Part shown: positions 1 through 10,048 of the stretch, in pieces
Layout: every line of letters starts with the position of its first letter
Position numbering within the stretch: position 1 is the stretch's first letter
Assembly (NCBI GenBank): GCA_963758295.1
Contig: CAVWUU010000002.1
Span: forward strand, 96,001 to 160,000
Direction of reading: 5' to 3'
DNA length: 64,000 nucleotides
DNA from: Candidatus Eremiobacteria bacterium
GTDB taxonomy: Bacteria; Vulcanimicrobiota; Vulcanimicrobiia; Vulcanimicrobiales; Vulcanimicrobiaceae
Translations under genes and position numbers: made by a program
The notes under the pieces: generated by a model
What the model was told of the DNA's origin: nothing
Seen by the model: only the letters and a program-made list of their open reading frames with translations
Database searches by the model: none

Positions 1-212
1 ATCGCGACCAACCCGCCGGCGCGAAGTTTCGTAAGATGCGCGGTTGCAGCGTTTGGCGATACGTTGGCGCGGTACGCGAGTTCGCCGGCGGTGCGCTCGC
101 CGCCGTCGAAGAGGGCGCACAGCATCGCCGCACGCGCGCGATCGCCGATGAGCACCGCGACGGACGCAATGCGAGGATCCGGCGACTGAATGGTGCTGTG
201 TTTGCGAATCAT
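1..212 (-). CDS. ArsR/SmtB-family HTH transcriptional regulator (3' end runs off the window)
   Basis: Manual translation from ATG at 212: MIRKHSTIQSPDPRIASVAVLIGDRARAAMLCALFDGGERTAGELAYRANVSPNAATAHLTKLRAGGLVA. This is the typical ArsR pattern. Not in the ORF track because it is truncated. Confidence 0.85.
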   Translation of the reverse strand, partial: MIRKHSTIQSPDPRIASVAVLIGDRARAAMLCALFDGGERTAGELAYRANVSPNAATAHLTKLRAGGLVA

Positions 213-281
213 GACCCTATTATTCTACCGCGGCGATAGTTCACCGGTTCGTGAACTAATTTGCGTGCGGGCATAGAAAAC

Positions 282-317
282 AAAAGGCCGCCGCGTGCGA
301 GCGCGGCGGCCTTTTTT
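282..317. terminator. Bidirectional intrinsic terminator
   Basis: AAAAGGCCGCCGCG-tgcgag-CGCGGCGGCCTTTT(TT): perfect stem flanked by A and T tracts, just downstream of the 334 stop. Confidence 0.85.
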
Positions 318-333
318 GATTGAGCTAGGAGGA

Positions 334-1293
334 CTACTGGATGCAGCCGCCCGCGCTGTTGCTCCAAAGAGGCTGCGTGGGGAAGCTCGTGCCGTTGAGG
401 CTGGTGTCCTTGAGATTGACCCAGGCGCACTTGTCGCCGATTTCCGAGCCGGAAGCATCATACCAGGCATTGAGCATCGGATCGTTTTCCGATTCAGCCA
501 TTTCGTGCCCGCCGACAATCGACACGCCGTCAAGATCGCTGCTCGTTACCGACGCGGCCCCACAAGAAGCGCCGGCATCGGGCATATACGGGAGGTTCGT
601 CCACGAGATCGTCCCACCCGACGCGGACGTCGTACTGTGATAGGCGCAATATTGCGATCCAAAGCCCGACGGCTTGATGCCGTGCGGCATTGCGACGATG
701 TACTGCGCGTTGACCGTGTAGTTGCCGAAATGCGCGGCGGCTTTCGCCGCTTCGGCCGCCATTTGGCTCTGCGACGGACGCTTGGGCGGCGAGCTGGTCG
801 TGTCTACGTACGAGCCGCCGAAGTTGTTTGCCGGATTGCCTTCATAAGCGGAGGGATTCTTTTGATAGTATTGCGTTACCGTCGAATTCCACGACGAACC
901 GCCGACCTTTGCTAAGAAGCTATTGAAGTACGCGCGCACGCCGTTAGGATCGCCCGCTCCATTCCATGCCGATCCCCAATAGACGACGAAGGTCTTCGGT
1001 GACGTTTGAATCGGGCCGCCGTTATACACCAGATTGCTGGTGCTTGCGGAACCAACGCGCGATTGCGCGCCCTCACGCGTAATCCACAGGCCGTCATTGG
1101 CCGGGAAGTAATGAATGAGACGGTTGGCATCGCCTGTGGCGCGATATGCGTCCATCGGACGGAAATCACCGGAACTACTTTGCGTTACTCCCGCACTGTC
1201 CGGAAGCGACGAAGTGCCGCCGCCTCCGCTACACGCGGCGAGTAAAGCCGCCGCTATAACCGCCGGAATAACTCGCACCGAAAAATTGCGCAT
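334..1293 (-). CDS. Secreted lipoprotein, Phi-1/EXORDIUM-like domain
   Basis: Start MRNFSV at 1293 with GGAGG upstream; lipobox LAAC-SGGGG; motifs LVYNGGP, YCAYHS, HEMAE..DP..NAWY..EIGDKCAW. Confidence 0.7.
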   Translation of the reverse strand: MRNFSVRVIPAVIAAALLAACSGGGGTSSLPDSAGVTQSSSGDFRPMDAYRATGDANRLIHYFPANDGLWITREGAQSRVGSASTSNLVYNGGPIQTSPKTFVVYWGSAWNGAGDPNGVRAYFNSFLAKVGGSSWNSTVTQYYQKNPSAYEGNPANNFGGSYVDTTSSPPKRPSQSQMAAEAAKAAAHFGNYTVNAQYIVAMPHGIKPSGFGSQYCAYHSTTSASGGTISWTNLPYMPDAGASCGAASVTSSDLDGVSIVGGHEMAESENDPMLNAWYDASGSEIGDKCAWVNLKDTSLNGTSFPTQPLWSNSAGGCIQ

Positions 1294-1493
1294 CCAAGAG
1301 CCCTCCACGAGCAACGGAATACAGGGCTTCCCTGTGCTGCGATGGTAAGCCGCGACCTCCGATGCAACAAGTGGCAAAATGCACCTACTCTAGGCAAACT
1401 CGGAATGCTGCGCATCGCTGCCAAGCGAGGGGTTGCATTGCGCGCCGGCGTTCCGCAAAGGAAGAATGCCGAGGCAAGCGCTGCGCAGTCGCG

Positions 1494-3584
1494 TTATTGC
1501 CGGTTAAGGAAGCGGTCGAACCAAGCAGCGAGGATGTGTAAACGCTCCACGCGATGGATTGGAGCGCCCGTGCGGTTGAGATCGTGATTCTCACCGGGAA
1601 CTTCTACGAAACGAGCGGTTCGGCCGAGTTGTTTGAGAGCGGAAAATTCGTCGAGGGTCTGATCGACCGGCGTCTCCGTATCTTCGGTCGAGTGCAGTAA
1701 CATCACCGGCGTATGAACGTGTTCGACGTAAACCAGCGGCGAGTCGGTGTAATTCTTGCTCGATGGATCCCATGGCTTGCCCCACGCGTACTGTCCGCCG
1801 AGTCCGTTCGAACTGGCAAAGAACGCGTCGAGCGATTCTGTCGCGATGTCGCTCGCGGGGCGTTCGGCGACAGCCGCTTTGAAGCGATCGGTGTGCGAGA
1901 TCACCCAGAGGGTCGCATAGCCACCGTAACTTCCGCCGATCACGCCGAAGCGGGATGAATCGACGTTCGGCCGCTTCGCCACTTCGTCCATGACACGCGT
2001 GATGTCGTCGAACATCGGCGCTCCCCAGTTTCCTTCGAGCGCCGCTTCGAACGTGTGCCCGTACCCGATGCTGCCTTGCGGGTTGGCGAACACGACGTTG
2101 TATCCGCGTCCGGCCCAATACTGCAGCTCGTGGAAAAACGTCGCGCCGAATTCGGCTTGGGGACCGCCATGAATGTCCAGCAGCGTCGGCCGTTTACCTT
2201 TTGCGTTCGGGCCCACTGCGGGCATGAACCAGGCTTCCACGTAGAAACCGCTCGCATCACGAATCGTGAAGCGCTGTGGTTTCGACAGAAGCACGCTGTT
2301 TAGGTATGGCTGATTGAACGCCGTGAGCGCGCGTTCGGAGCCCGTGCGCATATCACGGACGTAGATTTCGGCGGGATGCGAAAAGTCGGCTTTCGCATAG
2401 GCGATGAATCGCCCGTCGGCGCTCATCGAGCAGTCAGCAGCTTCCGCGTGCGTACCGGTCAGCATTTTAACATAGCCGCCGGCAACGGTAATTTCGGCAA
2501 GTTGCGTGCTCCCCGGCGTAGACACGTCCGTAAGGATGAAGCGATCGTCCGGCGTGAAGTAGGGGCCGCAAATCATGCCGGGCATTTTGAGGTCGGCCAA
2601 GACCCAATCGCCCCATTGATACGCGTTCTTCTTCACCGTAACGCGGCGACTTGCGCCGGCCGCGTCGCTCGAAACAAGCGCCGGGTACTCCGCACTGTCG
2701 TCCACGTTGCCGCTGAAGTAAAACACGCGATTGCCGCGATGGGCGTAGGCCGGCTGCATGTTCGCAACGTCGCTCGAACGCACGAGCGTCATCTCGCCGC
2801 CGTGCGACGGGATCGTATAGACGTCGCTTTCGTTTGCCCGCGTCGTTTCTCGCCGGAGTGACGAAAATGCGATTGTCGAATCGTCGGGCGACCACGCAAA
2901 TTGTGCTTCCGACCAACGATGTCCGGATGTAAGGGCGCGCGCTGCCGAACCGTCGGCATCCATAACCCACAGGTGTTGATGCTTGTCGTAAGTGTAGCCT
3001 TCGCCGTTTGCTTCGTAGCGTTCCGTATCAATCACTCGGATGTCGCTTGTACGCTGCGATGCTTTCGGACCAAACCCGGCTGCCTTGAAATCGACCCGCG
3101 CCGGCGCCTTCCCATCAACGGTAAGCGACGCAAAGGCGATCCGCTTGCCATCGTGCGACCACACCGGCGACGATGCCCCACTGGAGAGGTTGGTCAACTG
3201 CGTTGCTGCACGAGTCCGCAAGCTATAGGAGAAAATCTGCGACACGCCGCTTAACGTGCGAACGAATGCAAGGTGCGTTCCATCCGGACTCCACGCGGGC
3301 GACGAAGCAGTGCCATCGGTGGTGATCGGGGCACGTGCCGAGCCGCGGCTGCTTGCAATCCACACGTTAGAATCGTACCGGTTTTCCGGCCCGTTCATCC
3401 TCGATACGACGAATGCCACTTCTCCGCCGTTCGGCGAAATGATCGGCTGCGAGATTAGCGACAATCGAAAAAGATCTTCGGCGCGCACCGGACCCTTTGC
3501 CGAAGCTGATGCCGGCGCAACCGCGAGCATCGAACCGATCAATAAAGCCGCACTGCTACGGCGAAAAAACGTGCCGACCAACAT
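1494..3584 (-). CDS. S9-family (DAP2/acylaminoacyl) secreted peptidase
   Basis: Signal peptide, TolB-like WSPDG propeller repeats, IHGGP, GGSYGG nucleophile elbow, GENH. GGAGG precedes the ATG at 3584. Confidence 0.92.
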   Translation of the reverse strand: MLVGTFFRRSSAALLIGSMLAVAPASASAKGPVRAEDLFRLSLISQPIISPNGGEVAFVVSRMNGPENRYDSNVWIASSRGSARAPITTDGTASSPAWSPDGTHLAFVRTLSGVSQIFSYSLRTRAATQLTNLSSGASSPVWSHDGKRIAFASLTVDGKAPARVDFKAAGFGPKASQRTSDIRVIDTERYEANGEGYTYDKHQHLWVMDADGSAARALTSGHRWSEAQFAWSPDDSTIAFSSLRRETTRANESDVYTIPSHGGEMTLVRSSDVANMQPAYAHRGNRVFYFSGNVDDSAEYPALVSSDAAGASRRVTVKKNAYQWGDWVLADLKMPGMICGPYFTPDDRFILTDVSTPGSTQLAEITVAGGYVKMLTGTHAEAADCSMSADGRFIAYAKADFSHPAEIYVRDMRTGSERALTAFNQPYLNSVLLSKPQRFTIRDASGFYVEAWFMPAVGPNAKGKRPTLLDIHGGPQAEFGATFFHELQYWAGRGYNVVFANPQGSIGYGHTFEAALEGNWGAPMFDDITRVMDEVAKRPNVDSSRFGVIGGSYGGYATLWVISHTDRFKAAVAERPASDIATESLDAFFASSNGLGGQYAWGKPWDPSSKNYTDSPLVYVEHVHTPVMLLHSTEDTETPVDQTLDEFSALKQLGRTARFVEVPGENHDLNRTGAPIHRVERLHILAAWFDRFLNRQ

Positions 3585-3905
3585 AGGTGCCTCCGCTGAC
3601 TCGTTTGGCATTTTCGCAATCGTCGCTCCAGGCCTTCGCATCGGAAGAACCGATGAAACGGCTGGCGCACAGCTACGAGCTGTGGCCTCGCTTTAGCGGG
3701 TCCGCGGTTTTTTGCCCCGAAGCGATACTCGCGCACCAAAGTTAGGAGCGGCCTTGCAGAAAGTAGATGCCAACGACGTAGACGAGTTGGAATGCGTCTC
3801 AGCCAAAAGGACGTTTCGCGGATTCGGCAAGCAAATTTCCGGTCGCGGCATCGTGCGTCATCAAGACGGCAAGACGGACGCTCTCGGTTACTTCGACGGC
3901 GAAGA

Positions 3906-6179
3906 GTGATGATCGCCGCGCAAGCCGACACAGCCGCAGTCGCAACCTACGCGCGCATCGCCTCGGGCGTCGTCGTCCGAAACGGAAGCGCCCGTTACGA
4001 GATTCAAGTCGTGGAACCCAACGTCGTTCGCATCCACGTCGTTCCGAACGGGAAAGCGACTCCCCGAACGCTCGTCCTAGATCCGCATCTTGCGCTTCAT
4101 TCCAGCGCGACGCAAGGCAACTATACGGCGCGATCCGTTCAGTTGACCACACCGCACATGACGGTCAAAGTGTCGCTGCGTCCCTTCGCGCTCGAAATCG
4201 ACGATCCGCATGGCGCGGTATTTACCCAAAGCGGCGAAGCGATGCCGCACGCGCTGCACGTAACCCTGGCGGATGCCGGTCCGTTTTTCGGCATTGATAA
4301 CACGAGTCTTCCAGGTTCGAATCTCGACCCGCGCCAAGACATTCGCAAAGGCATCGTGCGCGATGGGGGCACGGCACTTGCCGGGCTGCAGGGCGACGGT
4401 GGCGCGCCGCTGGTCTATACCAAGCGATACGGCATGCTGATCGATTCCAACGGCGGTTCGTTCGATGTCGACTCCGGCGCAATCGATTTCCACGGCGGTT
4501 CGCGTCCTGATGTGGAATATTTTGCGATAGTGGGTCCGCCGCTCGCAACGATGCGCGCGGTCGCGGATCTTTCCGGCCATGCGCCGATGATGCCGAAGTG
4601 GTCGCTGGGTTTCATCAATACGCAATGGGGAAGCACCGAATCCGAAGTGCGTTCCATTATTGCGGGATACCGAAACCGCGAAATTCCGATCGATGCATTT
4701 ATCCTCGACTTTGACTGGAAGGCCTGGGGCGAGGACAATTACGGCGAATGGCGTTGGAACAGTACGCGCGGCGCGGGAAGCGTCGCGCCGGATAAATTCC
4801 CTGACGGCGCTTCAGGAGCGTTCGCTGCCGACATGCTGCGCGACGGTGTGAAGCTAGGTGGCATTTTCAAACCGCGCATTCTCCTTACTAACGCCAACGG
4901 CACGCCGACCGCCGCTGCCAAATACGCAGAAGCGCATCATTTCTTCCTGCGATGGCAGAAGCCGTATCGGGAGTATTTCTCGCATCGCGAGGCGCGCGAC
5001 ATCGACTTTTCGATTCCCGCAGCGCGCGCGTGGTACTGGGAACATACGGTTCCGGCTTATCGGGCAGGTATCGTGGCATTCTGGAACGACGAAGCTGATG
5101 CGGCGGGTGACGCGCGCGACCTTTTCCCAAACCTGCAATTTCTCGATATGCAGCGCGCGCTGTACGACGGCGTGCGATCTGCAGACGATCGCCGCGTTTT
5201 CTCGCTCAACCGCAACTTCTATCTCGGTTCTCAGCGCTACGGGTATGGCGAATGGTCGGGCGACATCGAGACAAGCTTCGATTCGATGCGCGAGCAGGCG
5301 ATTCGCATGCTCGGCACGGTGGGCCTGGGAGAACCGCACTGGAGCATGGATACGGGCGGCTTCGACGGCCATCCAAGTCCTGAAAACTACGCCCGGTGGA
5401 TGCAGTTTGCCGCCCTTGTGCCTATCATGCGCGTGCACGGGACGTTAGGCGAAAAGCGGCAACCCTGGGTGTACGGTGCGCAGGCGCAAAGCGTTGCAAA
5501 AAGTGCGATTGATTTGCGGTATCGATTGTTGCCCTATTTCTATTCGTACGAGCGTGCTGCTTACGAGGATGGCGCCGGAATCGTGCGGCCGCTTTCGTGG
5601 GCGTTTCCGGACGATGGGGATGCAGTGTACCAAACTGACGAATGGATGGATGGCGATGCGCTGCTCGCTGCACCCATATTCGGCGAAGGGCAGACACACC
5701 GGGACGTTTATCTGCCTGCGGGCACTTGGTACGACTACTTCCGCGGGACGCGTTTCCCGGGCGGAACGACGATCGATTACAACGTCGACGCCCGCACCTG
5801 GGCCGATATACCGCTTTTCGTGCGTGAGGGAAGCATCGTAGCGACACAAACCGTTCAACAGTGGGTCGGCCAGCAACCGGCCACGAACGTGCGCCTTGAC
5901 GTCTATCCATCACTCAAGCGAATCGCTCGTTTCGGCTATTACGACGACGACGGCACGACATATGCTTACGAACGTGGCGTGTACTTCAAACAGGAAATCG
6001 AAGCGCGCGAGGATTCAAAAGGCTTCCATGTGACGGCAGCGCAGCCGGAGGGTTCCTATAAGCCACCGGTCCAGACGTACACCATCGTAGTGCACGGCGT
6101 GGGCACTCAGAATGATCGCTTCGGCAAAATGACGACGATCGTCGAACGCGCCGGCGTACCGTTCGACGTTACTTTGTAA
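3906..6179 (+). CDS. GH31 alpha-glucosidase/xylosidase
   Basis: IPIDAFILDFDW, FWNDE nucleophile region, WSGDI acid/base, DTGGF, MRVHG. Start uncertain: GTG 3906, ATG 3909, or ORF-track 3792. Confidence 0.9.
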   Translation: MMIAAQADTAAVATYARIASGVVVRNGSARYEIQVVEPNVVRIHVVPNGKATPRTLVLDPHLALHSSATQGNYTARSVQLTTPHMTVKVSLRPFALEIDDPHGAVFTQSGEAMPHALHVTLADAGPFFGIDNTSLPGSNLDPRQDIRKGIVRDGGTALAGLQGDGGAPLVYTKRYGMLIDSNGGSFDVDSGAIDFHGGSRPDVEYFAIVGPPLATMRAVADLSGHAPMMPKWSLGFINTQWGSTESEVRSIIAGYRNREIPIDAFILDFDWKAWGEDNYGEWRWNSTRGAGSVAPDKFPDGASGAFAADMLRDGVKLGGIFKPRILLTNANGTPTAAAKYAEAHHFFLRWQKPYREYFSHREARDIDFSIPAARAWYWEHTVPAYRAGIVAFWNDEADAAGDARDLFPNLQFLDMQRALYDGVRSADDRRVFSLNRNFYLGSQRYGYGEWSGDIETSFDSMREQAIRMLGTVGLGEPHWSMDTGGFDGHPSPENYARWMQFAALVPIMRVHGTLGEKRQPWVYGAQAQSVAKSAIDLRYRLLPYFYSYERAAYEDGAGIVRPLSWAFPDDGDAVYQTDEWMDGDALLAAPIFGEGQTHRDVYLPAGTWYDYFRGTRFPGGTTIDYNVDARTWADIPLFVREGSIVATQTVQQWVGQQPATNVRLDVYPSLKRIARFGYYDDDGTTYAYERGVYFKQEIEAREDSKGFHVTAAQPEGSYKPPVQTYTIVVHGVGTQNDRFGKMTTIVERAGVPFDVTL

Positions 6180-6237
6180 CGTGCCGGATTTATGACGCAC
6201 CGCTAGTGTTTACATGCCGCTTGCCTAACAGCGGCTT

Positions 6238-6876
6238 ATGAAACGGCGCGCCTTGATTCTTCTCTCCGTGCTCGCGGCTTATGCGAGCACCTTCGCACCG
6301 GAGCGATTCGTGCTCGAGCGAGGGCTGGAGTTACTTGGGAACCCACCGTACGAAGGATGGCGCGGGCTATTTCTTCCGCACCTGTTACTTTATTCAACGC
6401 TTCCCGCGGTAGTGTGCGCCATACTGTGGTATCTGTCGTATCGCGGACGGCTGCTTCCCGGCATTCCCTCGGCCCACACCGGGAAAGCCTTTCTTTGGGG
6501 GGCCGGCGCCGGCGCCGCGTCGCTTCTGGCTATTCTAGTCGTCGTCGCGTCGACGATGCCACGCGGAACGATTCACTGGATTGGGCTCGATCCGCTCAAG
6601 ATTTTCGCGAACGTCTTTTCCAATTTCTATGAGGAGTTCATCTTTCGCGGGTTCCTGCTAACCGCGCTTACGGCACTCATAAGCTTTTGGCCCGCGGCAA
6701 TTATTTCGAGCATCCTCTGGGCGGCGGAACACACACAATACCCGTGGGCACTTCGCTTGGCAATCGCAGCCGTCGGCGTCCTGTGGTGCTGGATCATTAA
6801 ACGGACGCGTTCGTTTTTAGCGGCCTACGAAGCGCATATGCTCGTCGATATTTTCGGCGACGCGCTTATTCCGTAA
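6238..6876 (+). CDS. CPBP/Abi (CAAX-type) intramembrane metalloprotease
   Basis: EEFIFRG motif, W-x3-H, H-x3-D and multiple TM helices. Confidence 0.85.
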   Translation: MKRRALILLSVLAAYASTFAPERFVLERGLELLGNPPYEGWRGLFLPHLLLYSTLPAVVCAILWYLSYRGRLLPGIPSAHTGKAFLWGAGAGAASLLAILVVVASTMPRGTIHWIGLDPLKIFANVFSNFYEEFIFRGFLLTALTALISFWPAAIISSILWAAEHTQYPWALRLAIAAVGVLWCWIIKRTRSFLAAYEAHMLVDIFGDALIP

Positions 6877-6877
6877 C

Positions 6878-8632
6878 TTACCAGCCTACGGCCTCGCCAT
6901 CTTTGCCGAAGTCCGATCCGGCTGCATACGAACCATTGGGCAGCTGCATAATGGCCTGATAGCCTCCGAGCGGAGCTCGCGTGACGGATCTAACGTGGTG
7001 GCCCATACCGGCAAGCTTTGATCCGAGCGAATCATAAAGCGGCGCTTCCAGCATCAGCGAATTCGAAATTTCATCGTGTCTGAAGCGCGCCATGTCGCCC
7101 GCTTGTTGGATGTTCACGCCGAGATCGACAAGGTCGACAATGACTTGCTCGTGCCCCTGCGCCTGCATGTCGCCGCCCATCAACCCAATAGTTGCAAACG
7201 GCTTGCCGTTGCGCATAAGCAATCCGGCGCACAGGGTATTAAAGGGCCGCTTTTGCGGTGCGATCGCGTTGGGGCTTTTCGGGTCCAGCGTGAAGAGCCC
7301 GCCGCGATCGTGAAGGATAAAGCCGTATCCGGGCACGGTAATGCCTGAACCGAACCCATCGTAATTGCTGTTCACCCACGACACCATGTTGCCCCAACGG
7401 TCGGCGGTTGACAGGACGATCGTGTCGCCTGCGCCACTCTCTTCGCCGGCAGCCGGTTGCGACGCGCGCTTCGGATCGATCTTCGCGCACTGCGAAGCCG
7501 CATACGCATTCGAAAGAAGCCGATTGAGCGGGACCGTTGCATGGTCCGGATCGGCGTTATAACGATAAAGATCTGCATAGGCTATTTTCTTCGCTTCGAC
7601 CAGCAGGTGCCAATACAAGGCGCTGCCTGGCCCAAGCGAGGCCAGTGTGTCGCCACCGGCGAGTTTCGGAACGCACTTTTGCAGCACGTTGAGTGCTTCG
7701 TTCGCTGCAAACCCCTGCGATGGCGGAGGCAGCTCCAAGACCTCGTAGCCGTGATACATGCTGCGCACCGGTTGACGCCAGACGCCGTGATACGCGGCAA
7801 GATCCGCAAGCGTCATCGTCCCGCCGAGCGCACGCGATTTAGCGATTATCGCGCGAGCGATTTCACCTTTGTAAAATGCATCGCGTCCATCGTGTGCGAG
7901 CAGCGTTAACGCGCGTGCCAGCTGCGGATTGCGGAAAATCCGTCCTTCAACCGGTGGCTTCCCGCGGACGTACCAGGTTGCAACCGAGTCGGGATCGAGC
8001 GCCGTGCAGCATTGGCGCAGCGGCAGCGCATTGGGAAGCTTCCAATCGTGCGCGATGCGTTCCGACACTGGAAATCCGTTTGCTGCATAATCGATTGCCG
8101 GTGCAAGCACGCGCGAAAATTTCATCGTGCCGTAGCGGCGGAGCATCTCGTCCCAACCCCAAGCGGCACCAGGAACCGTCACATCGAGAATGCCGCCTGA
8201 CGGCATGCCGGATCCCGGTCCCCATTGCTTTGAATCGTAGGCATAGCCGAGGGCGTTCATGTGCGCGAGGGTCGCACCGGTCGGCGCCACACCGCTTGCA
8301 TCAAGCACGTGGACGGCGTGCTCTTTCGCAATGTAAACAATCGCGAAAAGGTCCCCGCCCATACCGACGTTCATGGGTTCGGTGACATTTAACGCGGCCG
8401 CGGTCGCGACCGCGGCATCGACCGCATTGCCACCCTGCATCAGAATCCGCAGGCCCGCCTGAGCGGCGAGTGGCTGACTTGTTGCGACGACTCCGTTTCG
8501 TGCAAGGACGGGCGAACGGCTTTGCTGCAACCAGCCTTCCGCGCGCTCACCGCGAAGGGCCGTATTTGCCGTTGCCGTCAAGGTCATGAGTGCAATAGCC
8601 GCAGAGATCAGTCGGACGCTGAAGGCCGTCAT
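6878..8632 (-). CDS. ggt: Gamma-glutamyltransferase family protein, secreted
   Basis: GGNAVDAAVA, GMGGDLF, GDT autoproteolysis site (TIVLSTADRWGN), KRPFNTL, GLMGGDMQAQGH. Start MTAF chosen at 8632. Confidence 0.9.
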   Translation of the reverse strand: MTAFSVRLISAAIALMTLTATANTALRGERAEGWLQQSRSPVLARNGVVATSQPLAAQAGLRILMQGGNAVDAAVATAAALNVTEPMNVGMGGDLFAIVYIAKEHAVHVLDASGVAPTGATLAHMNALGYAYDSKQWGPGSGMPSGGILDVTVPGAAWGWDEMLRRYGTMKFSRVLAPAIDYAANGFPVSERIAHDWKLPNALPLRQCCTALDPDSVATWYVRGKPPVEGRIFRNPQLARALTLLAHDGRDAFYKGEIARAIIAKSRALGGTMTLADLAAYHGVWRQPVRSMYHGYEVLELPPPSQGFAANEALNVLQKCVPKLAGGDTLASLGPGSALYWHLLVEAKKIAYADLYRYNADPDHATVPLNRLLSNAYAASQCAKIDPKRASQPAAGEESGAGDTIVLSTADRWGNMVSWVNSNYDGFGSGITVPGYGFILHDRGGLFTLDPKSPNAIAPQKRPFNTLCAGLLMRNGKPFATIGLMGGDMQAQGHEQVIVDLVDLGVNIQQAGDMARFRHDEISNSLMLEAPLYDSLGSKLAGMGHHVRSVTRAPLGGYQAIMQLPNGSYAAGSDFGKDGEAVGW

Positions 8633-8700
8633 GGCGGCCGCGTTCTTCCCTCCGGCGAGCGCTTCCCGTGCCATGATCCAGAAGTTAGGCGGTTGATCTA

Positions 8701-10035
8701 GTGAGCGAAGAACCATCATCGATGGGTAATGCTGCTCTTATGAACAAACCACCGGCCGCGGAGCAGGTTTTTCCCGAGGCGGAGTACTTCGCGCTCTTTC
8801 AGCGCGTATCTGAAGTGCTCGGAGAATCGCTGGACTACCGAGTAACGCTGCAGAATGTCGCAAACTCTACGGTAGCCACTATTTCGGACGTCTGCATAAT
8901 CGATCTCGGCGACGGCGGACAGACGGAGATGGTGAGCGCGGCACACCGGGACAGCGCGCTCACGAAAAAAGTGCAGGCCGCCGGAGCGCACTTGAGTTCG
9001 AAGCATAATCGTCCTCAGCATCCGGTGTGCCGGGTGCTAGCGACGGGCGAGATGTTTTACGCGCCGCATATCGACAACGCATGGATCGAGCAACATTCCA
9101 GCGGGCCGGAACATGCCGGCTTCCTTTCGGAATTGAAATACACGTCGATGATTGTTGTTCCGCTCTTATCAGAAGCTTTTGGTTTGACCGGCGCACTAAC
9201 ATTGGCTACGGTCGAGGGCGGCCGGCCGCCATTCCGAGAGCGGGCCGTCGCGTTTTCTCAAGCCTTAGGGCGGCTGTGTGCTGCGGCGATCGGAAAAGCA
9301 CGAATGTACGGCGATAGCCAGGCAACGGCGGCGATGTATCAGCAGGCCGCGCTCCCACAGCGCCTGCCGCAAGCGCCCGGCGTCGAATTCTTTTCTCACT
9401 ATCAGCCGGCCGCGCGAACCCAGCTCGTAGGGGGCGACTGGTACGACGCTTTCACGATCCCGAACGGCCGCATCGGCATATCGATAGGGGATGTGAGCGG
9501 TCACGGTTTGCGTGCATCGGTGGTCATGTCGTCGATGCGAAATTCCATTCGAACCGCGCTGATATCGGAACCGGACATCGCGCGCGCACTGGACTCCGTT
9601 GATTACGTCTTGCGCAGCGAATTCGACGATGTTAGTTTCTGTACAGCGGTGCTTGCAGTCCTCGACGTCGACGCAATGACCTTACGGCTTGCAAGCGCGG
9701 GTCATCCGGGTCCGAGAATTTGGAGCGCCAAAACCAACGAGGTCGCCGATCCCTTCACTGAACGCGACCTGCCACTCGGGATTCGGCCGTTGTCACAAAA
9801 CCGGGCACAACCGCGAACCATGCGGCTGGAGAAAGGCTTCGTCGTGTTCTACACCGACGGCCTGGTGGAATGCACGCGGAATATGCTCGATGGCGAACGC
9901 GATTTAAATCAGGCGATGATGCGCGCTGACGTTCGAAACGCAGAGAATCCTGCAGAAGCAACGCGTGAGGCGATGTCCGATTGCACCGACAGTCCGGACG
10001 ATGATATAGCAATTCTCGCCATGCGATTGGCGTAA
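8701..10035 (+). CDS. GAF + SpoIIE/PP2C serine phosphatase (RsbU-like)
   Basis: N-terminal GAF domain; VGGDWYD, IGDVSGHG, AGHP, YTDGL, DDIAIL. Confidence 0.9.
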   Translation: MSEEPSSMGNAALMNKPPAAEQVFPEAEYFALFQRVSEVLGESLDYRVTLQNVANSTVATISDVCIIDLGDGGQTEMVSAAHRDSALTKKVQAAGAHLSSKHNRPQHPVCRVLATGEMFYAPHIDNAWIEQHSSGPEHAGFLSELKYTSMIVVPLLSEAFGLTGALTLATVEGGRPPFRERAVAFSQALGRLCAAAIGKARMYGDSQATAAMYQQAALPQRLPQAPGVEFFSHYQPAARTQLVGGDWYDAFTIPNGRIGISIGDVSGHGLRASVVMSSMRNSIRTALISEPDIARALDSVDYVLRSEFDDVSFCTAVLAVLDVDAMTLRLASAGHPGPRIWSAKTNEVADPFTERDLPLGIRPLSQNRAQPRTMRLEKGFVVFYTDGLVECTRNMLDGERDLNQAMMRADVRNAENPAEATREAMSDCTDSPDDDIAILAMRLA

Positions 10036-10048
10036 CGTTCGTTGATCA

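Noticed and set aside
295..915. 206-aa plus-strand ORF and the many similar Arg-rich overlapping ORFs across the window
   Set aside because: They overlap well-supported genes in other frames and carry no recognisable motifs.
3653..3909. Short ORFs upstream of GH31 (30 aa and 65 aa)
   Set aside because: No clear RBS or motif; cannot be separated from chance or an eroded fragment.
9909..10048. Apparent 127-nt overlap between the GlxA regulator and GAF-PP2C
   Set aside because: It disappears once the frameshift is repaired (stop at 10049).
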